Source: Syntrophales bacterium
GTDB taxonomy: Bacteria > Desulfobacterota > Syntrophia > Syntrophales > PHBD01
Direction of reading: 5' to 3'
Assembly (NCBI GenBank): GCA_963668175.1
Contig: OY764159.1
Location: 3,552,001 to 3,616,000 of the forward strand
Length of the DNA: 64,000 bases
Shown here: positions 10,304 through 18,820 of the stretch, piece by piece
Layout of the letters: every line of letters begins with the position of its first letter
Position numbering within the stretch: the stretch's first letter is position 1
Position numbers and translations under genes: made by a program
Notes under the pieces: model-generated
What the model was told of the DNA's origin: nothing
Database searches by the model: none
The model's input: the letters and a program-made list of their open reading frames with translations, nothing else

Positions 10304-11107
10304 ATGTTCGATCTCTCAAAATTCTCCTTGAAGGGAAAAGTCGCCATCGTAACAGGGGGCGGCCGCGGCATCGGCCAGGCCATCGCTTACGGCTTCGCCA
10401 AGGCAGGCGCAAAAGTGGCCATATCGAGCCGCAAGGTCGAGGATCTCGAAGCAACGGCCCGTGAAATAACGGCCGCAGGCGGGGAGGCATACGTCGTACC
10501 GGCACACCTGGGCAAGCATGAGGAAATCCAGAGGGTCGTTGACGCCGTCCTTTCTAAGTTTGGACGAATCGATATTCTGGTCAACAATGCCGGCGCAAGC
10601 CCCGCGATGAGCTCCGTTCTCGACTCTGATGAGCGCCTCTGGAACGCCATCATGAATCTCAATCTCAAAGCCGTCTATTTCATGAGCCAGGCCGTAAGCA
10701 GGGTGATGAAGAAACAGGGCGGCGGGAAAATCATCAATATCTCTTCCGTCGATGGCGTCAATCCGGAACCCAACCTCAGTATCTACTCCATCTCCAAGGC
10801 AGGCGTCCGTCAGATCACGCGTTCCTTCGCCATGGAACTGGCGCGCGACAACATCCAGGTCAATGCCATCCTTCCCGGTTCCATCACGACCAAGATGATG
10901 GATTCCCACTGGGGACATCTGTCGCCCGACGAGGCAAAGAAGGAAAAAAATAAAGCGGCCTCGGTGCTTGCCATGGGGCGAATCGGCGATCCTGATGAAA
11001 TTGCCGGCGCAGCTATCTACCTGGCTTCTGACGCGTCAAGCTATACAACGGCGGCGGAGCTTCTCGTCGACGGAGGATTGCTTCTGGGCGCTTATTTGTC
11101 CGAATGA
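10304..11107 (+). CDS. Short-chain dehydrogenase/reductase
   Basis: TGGGRGIG, NNAG, YSISK catalytic motif. Confidence 0.92.
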   Translation: MFDLSKFSLKGKVAIVTGGGRGIGQAIAYGFAKAGAKVAISSRKVEDLEATAREITAAGGEAYVVPAHLGKHEEIQRVVDAVLSKFGRIDILVNNAGASPAMSSVLDSDERLWNAIMNLNLKAVYFMSQAVSRVMKKQGGGKIINISSVDGVNPEPNLSIYSISKAGVRQITRSFAMELARDNIQVNAILPGSITTKMMDSHWGHLSPDEAKKEKNKAASVLAMGRIGDPDEIAGAAIYLASDASSYTTAAELLVDGGLLLGAYLSE

Positions 11108-11259
11108 AGCGACCGGAGAATGAGGCCAAAAGAGAGGGACGGCAGTCATCGTAAAGATGTCTCCATGACGCCGCGCATTGTCGCGATATATCTGACAGAT
11201 ATCGGTTGCCGCTTCTCGATGACCAATTGACCCTAACGACCCCTGTCCCAAAGAAATAC

Positions 11260-11291
11260 CCGGGGCCTGCGATCTTGCTTGCCGGCCCCGG
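11260..11291. terminator. Possible terminator hairpin between convergent SDR and GntR genes
   Basis: CCGGGGCC...GGCCCCGG 8-bp inverted repeat with a long loop. Confidence 0.35.
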
Positions 11292-11347
11292 TCATGGAAT
11301 TCAAAAAAGAGCTGCGTATCCGGATCCTTTTGCGATCTTGCGTAAGG

Positions 11348-12046
11348 CTATTGCTGGCCCATAAATCTTGTATCGTAGTCGACTACCTTATGAAGCGGCA
11401 TATTCTCCAAGCTCCGAAGAAGAACCTCTGATGCCTTTTCTACATGGCTTTCCATCAATTTTCGTATTCTATTGAAATTCTTGCTTTTGATGACCTCAAT
11501 CAACTCTTCGTGTTGCTCGACAAAGAGCGGATAATACGGCTCGAAGAGCACGACATACCGGAAGTCGAACGTACGCCAGCGAATGTTCTCCACCAGTGAT
11601 TCCAATTCCTGATTGCCCGACTTGGCCGCCAGCAACCGGTGAAAATCCAGGTTGGATTCCTGCCAAACACGCCTCGCTTGCGCCCTGTCGTTGGCACCTA
11701 TGCACCCGCGCATTTTCATGTTGATGGCCTTCAGGGTCTCCAGATCCTCCGGTGTCAAATGCGGCGCGGCCAGCTCGGCGCTCTTGGCCTCCAGGATCGC
11801 CAGCAATTCGTAGAGATTTTTCGTGTCCTGATAGGATATTTTCGTGACGGTCGCCCCTCTGCCGCGGCTGATGACGACAAAACCGTCGGCATAGAGCATT
11901 TTAAGCGCGTCTCGAACGTAACCGCGGGTGGTATGCAGCCTGTCGCACAGCTCTTTTTCGACGAGGCGTTCCCCCGGATTCAGCTTTCCCGCGAATATTT
12001 CGTCGCGTATTGTTCTGTAGATATCGTCTTTTGAAAACATGTCCAT
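11348..12046 (-). CDS. GntR-family regulator with FCD domain
   Basis: N-terminal wHTH (PGERLVEKELC...TRGYVRDAL) and FCD motifs NLDFH, EQHEELI, ESHV. Confidence 0.9.
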   Translation of the reverse strand: MDMFSKDDIYRTIRDEIFAGKLNPGERLVEKELCDRLHTTRGYVRDALKMLYADGFVVISRGRGATVTKISYQDTKNLYELLAILEAKSAELAAPHLTPEDLETLKAINMKMRGCIGANDRAQARRVWQESNLDFHRLLAAKSGNQELESLVENIRWRTFDFRYVVLFEPYYPLFVEQHEELIEVIKSKNFNRIRKLMESHVEKASEVLLRSLENMPLHKVVDYDTRFMGQQ

Positions 12047-12605
12047 TCCTTACGGCAGTTTCTTGATACTCCGTTATTTTCCCGTCCGGACCGGCCCTCG
12101 CGCAAAGGCTGGCCATCGGCTGTACAAGGGAGATGCCCTTTGATCGGGAACCTTCGTTGCCGACCGATTCGCATCCCGCCTGGATATCCCCCGAATGTTC
12201 ATAAGATTGTCAGGATCAGGTCGTGACGGCCGGAGCGGAATTTTCGCCCTTTGCCGTTACTTGAAACACGCGTGGAACAGCGGGCGACGCTGATCGTATG
12301 TTTTTCTTTTCTTTGTCGGTCAAATGGCGGACGGAGGCATTCGTCCTGCAAGACGGTTTCTTTCGATGAAACAATCACGTCGGGTCCTTCAATACCGAGG
12401 GGCCCGTCATTGCCCTCCCTTTTTCCATCATGCGCCTCTTGAGGCTGTGCACCCCGTATATGCTTATCCTGTTAAAGAACCTAACATTAGTAAAATTTTA
12501 TTATAACGAGAGCATTTTGTCAATAAGCCATGAGAATAGGCACGATCCGAATCCATTCGGTATAGCCGCGGAGCTACAGATATCCCCGTGTTCACCTGCA
12601 GTAGG

Positions 12606-12761
12606 TCACTGTGGCTTATTAGAAGCGGAGGGATGCCATTCTTCCTCCAATCCCCGTAACCCCATGATCGAAGAAGTACTGGTTATAACGCCCCTTCCCT
12701 GATCTTTCATCGCCCCGGTGACCTGCCGGTTCCATACCCATATCCCCCCGGTGCGTTCGGA
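12606..12761 (-). pseudogene. Possible remnant of an SDR gene
   Basis: Manual translation gives SERTGGIWVWNRQVTGAMKDQGRGVITSTSSIMGLRG...stop, resembling the SDR segment MKxQGGGxIINISS. Confidence 0.45.
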
Positions 12762-12812
12762 CGGATACTGCCGCGAAATGAAGGAGAATCAACACAAGGA
12801 GGGATTTTTATT

Positions 12813-13817
12813 TCAGGAGAAAAGCGCTGTCAGGATGGCCCAGAGACCGGCGGACAGCGTACCGGCAATAGGGATGGTCAGGATCCAGGCCCAGACGATG
12901 TTCCCGGCCACGCCCCAACGGACGGCCGATATCCTTTTCGTTGATCCGACCCCCATGATGGCTCCGGTAATGGTATGCGTCGTACTCACGGGAATGCCGG
13001 CAAGGGAGGCGCCGATGATCGATATGGCCGCAGCCGTCTCCGCGCAGAAACCGCCCATGGGTTGGAGCTTGGTGATCTTCGTTCCCATCGTTTTGACAAT
13101 CCGCCATCCGCCCGACATGGTGCCCAGGGCGATGACCGTATAGCAGAGAATGACAACCCAGAAGGGAATATGAAAGACCGGCCCCAGATGGCCGCTGCTG
13201 AAAAGAACAAGGGCGATGATGCCCATCGTCTTCTGCGCATCGTTCATTCCATGGCTGATGCTGTAGATGGCGGCGGAAAGCATTTGCAGTTTTTTGAAGA
13301 TGTTGTTCGACCGGGTAACGTTGCTGCGCCTGGACAGATTCAGAATGATGACCATCATCACAATGCCGAGAAACAAACCGACCATGGGCGAAATGACGAT
13401 GAACGCCGATGTCTTGATGACGCCTTTCCAGACGAGAACGTCCGCCCCGCCCTTCATCAGTCCGGCGCCGATAAGGCCGCCGATCAGGGCGTGGGACGAA
13501 CTGCTGGGAAGACCGAACCACCAGGTAATCAGATTCCAGATGATGGCCCCTCCCAGCGCGGCCACCAGCAGTATATTGTCGACGATGGCCGTATTGACGA
13601 TGCCGGTGCCCACCGTCTTGGCGACCTGGACGTCGAACAGGAAGACGGCCACAAAATTGAAAAAGGCCGCCCAGAGAACAGCCTGCCGCGGTTTCAGGAC
13701 CTGGGTCGAGACGATGGTCGCAATGGAGTTGGCGGAATCGTGAAAACCGTTGATGAAATCGAAAATCAAGGCAAGCACGATGATGAAGATGACAATGGCC
13801 AGGGTTGTGCTTATCAT
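12813..13817 (-). CDS. pit: Inorganic phosphate transporter, PiT family
   Basis: Both PiT signatures (GFHDSAN, HGMNDAQK), plus PSSSSHAL and PVSTTH. Confidence 0.93.
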   Translation of the reverse strand: MISTTLAIVIFIIVLALIFDFINGFHDSANSIATIVSTQVLKPRQAVLWAAFFNFVAVFLFDVQVAKTVGTGIVNTAIVDNILLVAALGGAIIWNLITWWFGLPSSSSHALIGGLIGAGLMKGGADVLVWKGVIKTSAFIVISPMVGLFLGIVMMVIILNLSRRSNVTRSNNIFKKLQMLSAAIYSISHGMNDAQKTMGIIALVLFSSGHLGPVFHIPFWVVILCYTVIALGTMSGGWRIVKTMGTKITKLQPMGGFCAETAAAISIIGASLAGIPVSTTHTITGAIMGVGSTKRISAVRWGVAGNIVWAWILTIPIAGTLSAGLWAILTALFS

Positions 13818-13822
13818 ATGGA

Positions 13823-14554
13823 TTATTCTTCTATTTCGGTTTTATCGGTCTCGGTGTCCGGGGGCAGGTCCCTGGTGATGGACCAGGCATTGAAGATACC
13901 GAAGAGGACACCGGCGACAACGAGGAAGAGCAAAAATGCGGAAAAACTCTTGTAGGCTTCCATTTGCGTCTTGGCCAGGGTTTCCGTGGCCTTCATCCTT
14001 TCATCGGCCTGTGCTTTCATTTTAGCGACGATGGCATCTATCTGCTCCGTAGGCTCCCGGTCTATACCCCGGACGCTCAGATCCACGCGCCGAGCGGTTA
14101 AGGGATCGGAACCGCGGTATTGCTTAAGGGCCTCGCGGTACTCCCTGCCGAGCCTTTCGTGGTTCGTGATCGCCGAAGGAAGCTCCGGGACGGAGAGTCC
14201 CGTCGTCTTCGTCATGGCCGCAAGAGTCTGCAGGGATTCGCCGACCAGCCGGTCTTCTTCATTGAAGGCCCTGAGATGCCGTTCGTAAAAGTCCTTGTCG
14301 TATCCCCGCAGGAGAATGTTCTTCCATTCCTGGACTTGCTTCTTGAAATGGACTTCCGCCAGACGGGCGGTGTCCGTGGCAAGCATCATGGCCTGTCCCT
14401 CCGTGACGCTTCGGTGCAGGCGGTTGTTTGTCTCCGAAATGGCAATGACGCCGTACAAACCGATAACGACGGTCAGAACGGTAAATATACCGACGGTGAT
14501 GACCACCCGTCGCCTGACGGGAATGTCCTGGAAGAATGTATTCGGTTCTTTCAT
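13823..14554 (-). CDS. Membrane-anchored chemoreceptor-type four-helix-bundle sensor domain without a signalling domain
   Basis: TM - helical periplasmic region (FKKQVQEWKNILLRG ... VRGIDREP) - TM - short acidic tail. Ends 5 bp before pit. Confidence 0.7.
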   Translation of the reverse strand: MKEPNTFFQDIPVRRRVVITVGIFTVLTVVIGLYGVIAISETNNRLHRSVTEGQAMMLATDTARLAEVHFKKQVQEWKNILLRGYDKDFYERHLRAFNEEDRLVGESLQTLAAMTKTTGLSVPELPSAITNHERLGREYREALKQYRGSDPLTARRVDLSVRGIDREPTEQIDAIVAKMKAQADERMKATETLAKTQMEAYKSFSAFLLFLVVAGVLFGIFNAWSITRDLPPDTETDKTEIEE

Positions 14555-14599
14555 AACTCTGAAGCCTCGCTTACCCTTATGTATCTTTTGACAGACGAT

Positions 14600-14638
14600 T
14601 GTTGCAGAAATGTGACAGTATTGTGAAGATTCTGTTAA
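14600..14638 (-). promoter_or_regulatory. Pho-box-like array (4 repeats, 11-bp period) upstream of the sensor-pit genes
   Basis: Minus strand reads TTAACA gaatc TTCACA atact GTCACA tttct GCAACA. Confidence 0.75.
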
Positions 14639-14758
14639 AAAGAGGACCAATACTCGGCATTGGCAGCAATATCGGATAGATGCATTTCTCACGGACAACG
14701 CCTGCGCATGCCATATCAAATGTCATCCGATTCCGATTGAACCTTGCGATACGGAAGA

Positions 14759-14797
14759 TTCATGGAAAATTCACGATACCGTCATCAAATTGCAACC
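14759..14797 (+). promoter_or_regulatory. Pho-box-like array (4 repeats, 11-bp period) upstream of the 14840-22698 operon
   Basis: TTCATG gaaaa TTCACG atacc GTCATC aaatt GCAACC, then 9 nt and TATCAT (-10-like, 14807-14812). Nearly identical to the pstS array. Confidence 0.8.
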
Positions 14798-14839
14798 TGG
14801 CTTCGATATCATTGGGCCAAATTCGGGAAAGGAGAAGCA

Positions 14840-17299
14840 ATGAGCCGAAGCGAGGCGAATTCAGGTTTCTATCTTCGGAACATAGATCACATTCAGGAGT
14901 CGCCGCAGTCCTTGAACCGGATCGTAGGGGCGCTTCACATCCGGACAGACGGTAACAATATCGACTGCCGTACCCTCCCCTTTGCCCCGGGGGATACGAC
15001 GGCGGGAAGCGAGGCGGAATTACAGGCCGCCGTTATCGGACAAAAGACCAATGTCGATCTCCCGTTGATCATCGAACAATCCAATTATTACGCCAATATC
15101 ATCCGCCGGGCGGCGGCCGGCGACACGACCAGAAGGGTCATCACGGACCTGGAAAAGTTTCTTCACACCAATAACGAGCAGGTCTGGGAAAACAGTTGGG
15201 TCCGGTTCCCCCGTTCCGTCTTAAACGGGTTCGCTGAGGCGACTTTCAGGCACGATCTTCTTGCCGACAAGGAAAACCCGTCGCAGGGTGTCCGGACGGA
15301 TGCCGATAAATTCATGTTTACCCGGCAGGAGCGCGAACATATCCGTGTCCCCGTCAGCTATCTCCTGAAGCTCGCTCTGGCCGACGTCCTGGGCGCGGAG
15401 AAAGACCTTCCCCGTTCCATATGGCATTCAGGCCGGGAGCTTATGGACCATTTCCTCAACGACAACACGTCGCCGGAGACCTTCTCTTTTTACGTAACGC
15501 CCCTGAAGGCGGAGGCGGGACAGGGACAGCCGCTGGCAAGGGAAACGGGAAAGCGGTTTCTCCTGACGCAGCTTCTCACCCTGTACGCCAACGAGAAGTT
15601 CCATCTATACGCAACGGGGCAGAAAGCGGCCATCTTCTATTCGCCCCATCCTCCCGTACGGCAGCAGAGGCTCAACAACTGCATCTCCGATGCGTTCTAT
15701 CGCGAGCTTTTCATGAGCCCCTGTCTTTCCGGGTGGACCCGCGGCGAGGCCAAGCAGGACTACATGCATCTATGTCACCGGGTCTTGAGCCGCAGCCAAT
15801 TGAATACCTTGATCAAGCTGCGGGAGGCGGGGATCATCACAAGCAATCTCGTCGCTCTGCCGAATACTTCCAATGTCAGTCTCGCCAACAACGGGACCCA
15901 CATCAGCCTCGGCAGCCGCAAGCTCGGCGAGGCCATGAAAGACAGGACGTCGGGATTTAACAGGGCTTCCGAGAAATATGCCGGAGACCTCGTCGTGAAG
16001 ATGGTGGAACATTTCCTCCCCCTCTTCGTCGGCAGTTACAGCGCGGCCCCGTACCGTCTCGACTACCTGGATTTTCATCCCGAAAAGGTACTGGGGTTCC
16101 TCCCCCATGAACTGGATTACACCCATCTGCGCATGATCTGGCGGCGGTGGCAGAAAAAGGCGGGCATCAAGATCATGGGCCGTCCCACGACGCCTTTCGG
16201 TCCCATCTGGCTCGACCGCATGATCAAGACGGTTTTCGACCTGAAGGGCGATTACGTCCCCGATTACCGTCTGGTCGATTATCTGGTCGCCCTGATGAGC
16301 ACGGAAAAGAGTCCGGCCCTCGACGGCCGCCTGCACAACAGCGATCGCCTCAAGGCGGACCTCGCCGATCTGGGCGTTTTCGACAACAAAATGTCCCTTT
16401 ATCTCTTCGAGAAACTCCGGGAACATGAAGTCATGGGATTTTCCGGATTCGAGGCGCGCCATTACAGCATCTTCTGCCGCTTCGAAGAGGACATGGGGCG
16501 GGCAGCCGCACTGCAGAATCTACTCTATTGCCTGGCCTTCCAGTACATCGCCAAGGGACTCCTGACTCACGATCACATCCCGGACAATCCCGTCGTGGAA
16601 AGCGAACGGAGGCAGATTATCTTCGGGGCGGCTATCGGCATCCCCACGTTCTTCGTTCGCCAGGACACCCAGAATCTCTTCCTGAAGAGAATTGTTTCCG
16701 GAGCGTCCCGTAATCGCCACAGCCGACGGTATCCGGGATATACCCGCGTGCATAACGACGAATACCGGCGGGCGCTTCTTCGGATTTTGCGGGAGGATGC
16801 CGCCGAGTTGATCGAGATGTTCGGCATGCAGGAGGTGATCGACGATCTGTCCCGGCGCCTGGACGATCCCAAGCATTTTTCGGTTGCCGGGCGTCTCAGC
16901 CGTGCCGTCTGCGAAGAAGCAGGCGTCAAATCCCCTCTGCAGGCGGAGGCAGCCGAATTCAACCGGGCCGCCGAGAAGTACTATCGGGAAAAACTGCGTG
17001 CCGGCCACATCGAGGAGAGTCTGCGGTTCTTCGAAGAGGACCTGCTGAATCTGCACCGCGCGGAAGGTCTGCGCCGCGAGACGATCCGTAACGCCGTCCG
17101 TTTTATCCTCCAGGACGGAGATGACCGTCAATTCTTCTCGAAAGTAAGCAAGTCCATAAGTGCTGAGACCGTGACCGAAGAAGACTTGAGAAAACTGATC
17201 TATCTTTTGATTTTAACGATTCATGAGGAAAAATCACACTATGTATGTACAAAAGAACCAGGCAGCACAGGAACACCCCATGCTGCATCACTATGTTGA
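14840..17299 (+). CDS. Uncharacterised 819-aa protein, possibly a carboxylate-amine ligase (GS/glutamate-cysteine ligase fold)
   Basis: Long ORF with AAGGAG RBS. Motifs TAGSEAELQ, NNGTHISLG and FEARH resemble the GxExE, GxH and ExR motifs of the superfamily. Function is inferred. Confidence 0.6.
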   Translation: MSRSEANSGFYLRNIDHIQESPQSLNRIVGALHIRTDGNNIDCRTLPFAPGDTTAGSEAELQAAVIGQKTNVDLPLIIEQSNYYANIIRRAAAGDTTRRVITDLEKFLHTNNEQVWENSWVRFPRSVLNGFAEATFRHDLLADKENPSQGVRTDADKFMFTRQEREHIRVPVSYLLKLALADVLGAEKDLPRSIWHSGRELMDHFLNDNTSPETFSFYVTPLKAEAGQGQPLARETGKRFLLTQLLTLYANEKFHLYATGQKAAIFYSPHPPVRQQRLNNCISDAFYRELFMSPCLSGWTRGEAKQDYMHLCHRVLSRSQLNTLIKLREAGIITSNLVALPNTSNVSLANNGTHISLGSRKLGEAMKDRTSGFNRASEKYAGDLVVKMVEHFLPLFVGSYSAAPYRLDYLDFHPEKVLGFLPHELDYTHLRMIWRRWQKKAGIKIMGRPTTPFGPIWLDRMIKTVFDLKGDYVPDYRLVDYLVALMSTEKSPALDGRLHNSDRLKADLADLGVFDNKMSLYLFEKLREHEVMGFSGFEARHYSIFCRFEEDMGRAAALQNLLYCLAFQYIAKGLLTHDHIPDNPVVESERRQIIFGAAIGIPTFFVRQDTQNLFLKRIVSGASRNRHSRRYPGYTRVHNDEYRRALLRILREDAAELIEMFGMQEVIDDLSRRLDDPKHFSVAGRLSRAVCEEAGVKSPLQAEAAEFNRAAEKYYREKLRAGHIEESLRFFEEDLLNLHRAEGLRRETIRNAVRFILQDGDDRQFFSKVSKSISAETVTEEDLRKLIYLLILTIHEEKSHYVCTKEPGSTGTPHAASLC

Positions 17300-18296
17300 A
17301 AGAAACAGCCGCGCAATCCGGCAGGAACGGTTTCGCGGCCACCGCGTCATTCCTTTTATCTACTCCCGCGTCCGGGAGAATTCGCCTCTGTTGTTCCGTC
17401 TTCTGACCAGCCGGAGGATATGCTCCCTCGTCGGTTTTTTGAGTTTCAGCGAGTTCATCAATGAAAGGCTGACCGATCCGCATCGTTTCATGCGGGAAAC
17501 GGGGGTGGACGCGCGGGAATGCCTTGACCTGCCCGTTTCGCTGAATACGCCGAAGAAAATTTTTGAAAGGAAAATCCGTTACTGGGATTGCCGTCCGATG
17601 CCCCACGATCCGGCGGCCGTCGTATCGCCCGCGGATTCGCGAGTGCTTGTGGGATCGTTCGACGAATCGTCAAGCCTTCTTCTCAAGGGAAAATTCTTCG
17701 ATTACGAAGAACTCCTGGGCGTCAACAGGAGACTCTGGCTTGACGCCTTCCGGGGAGGAGATTACGCCGTGTTCCGGCTGACCCCGGATAAATACCACTA
17801 CAACCATACGCCGGTAGCCGGAATTGTGAGAGATCACTACGAAATAGACGGCCGGTATCATGCGTGTCATCCCGCGGCGGTCGTTTCCATGATTACGCCG
17901 TATTCAAAGAACAAACGGGTCGTCACGGTCATCGACACGGACGTGCCGGGAGGCACCGGCCTGGGGCTCGTCGCCATGGTGGAAGTCGTCGCGATGATGA
18001 TCGGCGATATCGTCCAGTGCTACAGCGAATCGCAATATGACCGTCCCGTGTTTCTCTACGACGGTCTTTTTATGAAAAAAGGACAACCGAAGAGCCTGTT
18101 TCGCCCTGGAAGCAGCACGGTCGTCCTGATGTTTCAGAAAAATCGGGTGAGATTTTCCGACGACATCGTCTGGAACATGAGCCGACCGGACGCGGCGTCG
18201 ATTTTTTCCCGCGGTTTCGATCAACCGCTGGTGGAAACGGACGTTATGCTCCGCAGCCTTATCGGAACGGCGAGATTCCAGAAGCCGAACGCCTAG
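17280..18296 (+). CDS. Phosphatidylserine decarboxylase family (pyruvoyl) enzyme
   Basis: SPADSR, LTPDKYHYNHTP and the self-cleavage site FRPGSSTVV. Overlaps the upstream stop. Start could be 17241. Confidence 0.85.
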   Translation: MLHHYVERNSRAIRQERFRGHRVIPFIYSRVRENSPLLFRLLTSRRICSLVGFLSFSEFINERLTDPHRFMRETGVDARECLDLPVSLNTPKKIFERKIRYWDCRPMPHDPAAVVSPADSRVLVGSFDESSSLLLKGKFFDYEELLGVNRRLWLDAFRGGDYAVFRLTPDKYHYNHTPVAGIVRDHYEIDGRYHACHPAAVVSMITPYSKNKRVVTVIDTDVPGGTGLGLVAMVEVVAMMIGDIVQCYSESQYDRPVFLYDGLFMKKGQPKSLFRPGSSTVVLMFQKNRVRFSDDIVWNMSRPDAASIFSRGFDQPLVETDVMLRSLIGTARFQKPNA

Positions 18297-18366
18297 CGTG
18301 CATCGCGGAAACGGACGGAACAGAAATAATCCATTCACTTTGAGGGAACTTCCCGGGAGGTATCTG

Positions 18367-18807
18367 ATGAGACAGCTGGAATCGTTAATGGATGGGCGGA
18401 AAACGAAGTCCAGAGAAACGGCCATGCACAGTAAGGCCCACGCGGCGATCAGAACGGAGCTTGTCGGGAGGTTGCGCCAGTTGCGCGGCATGGCTTCCCA
18501 CACGGTCAGCGGCATGAAGAACGACAGGGAGAATCCCGCCGATATCATCGACCTCGCTTCGCGGGAGGAGTCCCGGCACATCGAGCTTGCCATCCGGGGC
18601 CGAGAGAGGGAAACCATCCAGGACATCGAGAACGCCATTGCCCGTATCGATTCGGGCGAATTCGGCATATGCGAGGAGTGTAGCGGGGCAATTACGATCG
18701 GACGGCTCCTGGCCAAACCGACAACGACATACTGCCGGACATGCCAGGAGAAGCGTGAAAGGGCTTTCCGGGGACAGGGCCAGCCTGAAATGTTCCGCGC
18801 GGCGTAA
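18367..18807 (+). CDS. DksA/TraR C4 zinc-finger protein
   Basis: DIIDLA coiled-coil tip and CEEC-x17-CRTC. GGGAGG RBS. Confidence 0.88.
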   Translation: MRQLESLMDGRKTKSRETAMHSKAHAAIRTELVGRLRQLRGMASHTVSGMKNDRENPADIIDLASREESRHIELAIRGRERETIQDIENAIARIDSGEFGICEECSGAITIGRLLAKPTTTYCRTCQEKRERAFRGQGQPEMFRAA

Positions 18808-18820
18808 TACCAGGAACATC

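Noticed and set aside
14744..14839. N-terminal extension in the ORF track (similarly for 2503, 7145, 18587, 24500, 28682, 56495)
   Set aside because: These overlap regulatory DNA or neighbouring genes, and better RBS-linked starts or family-consistent N-termini lie downstream.
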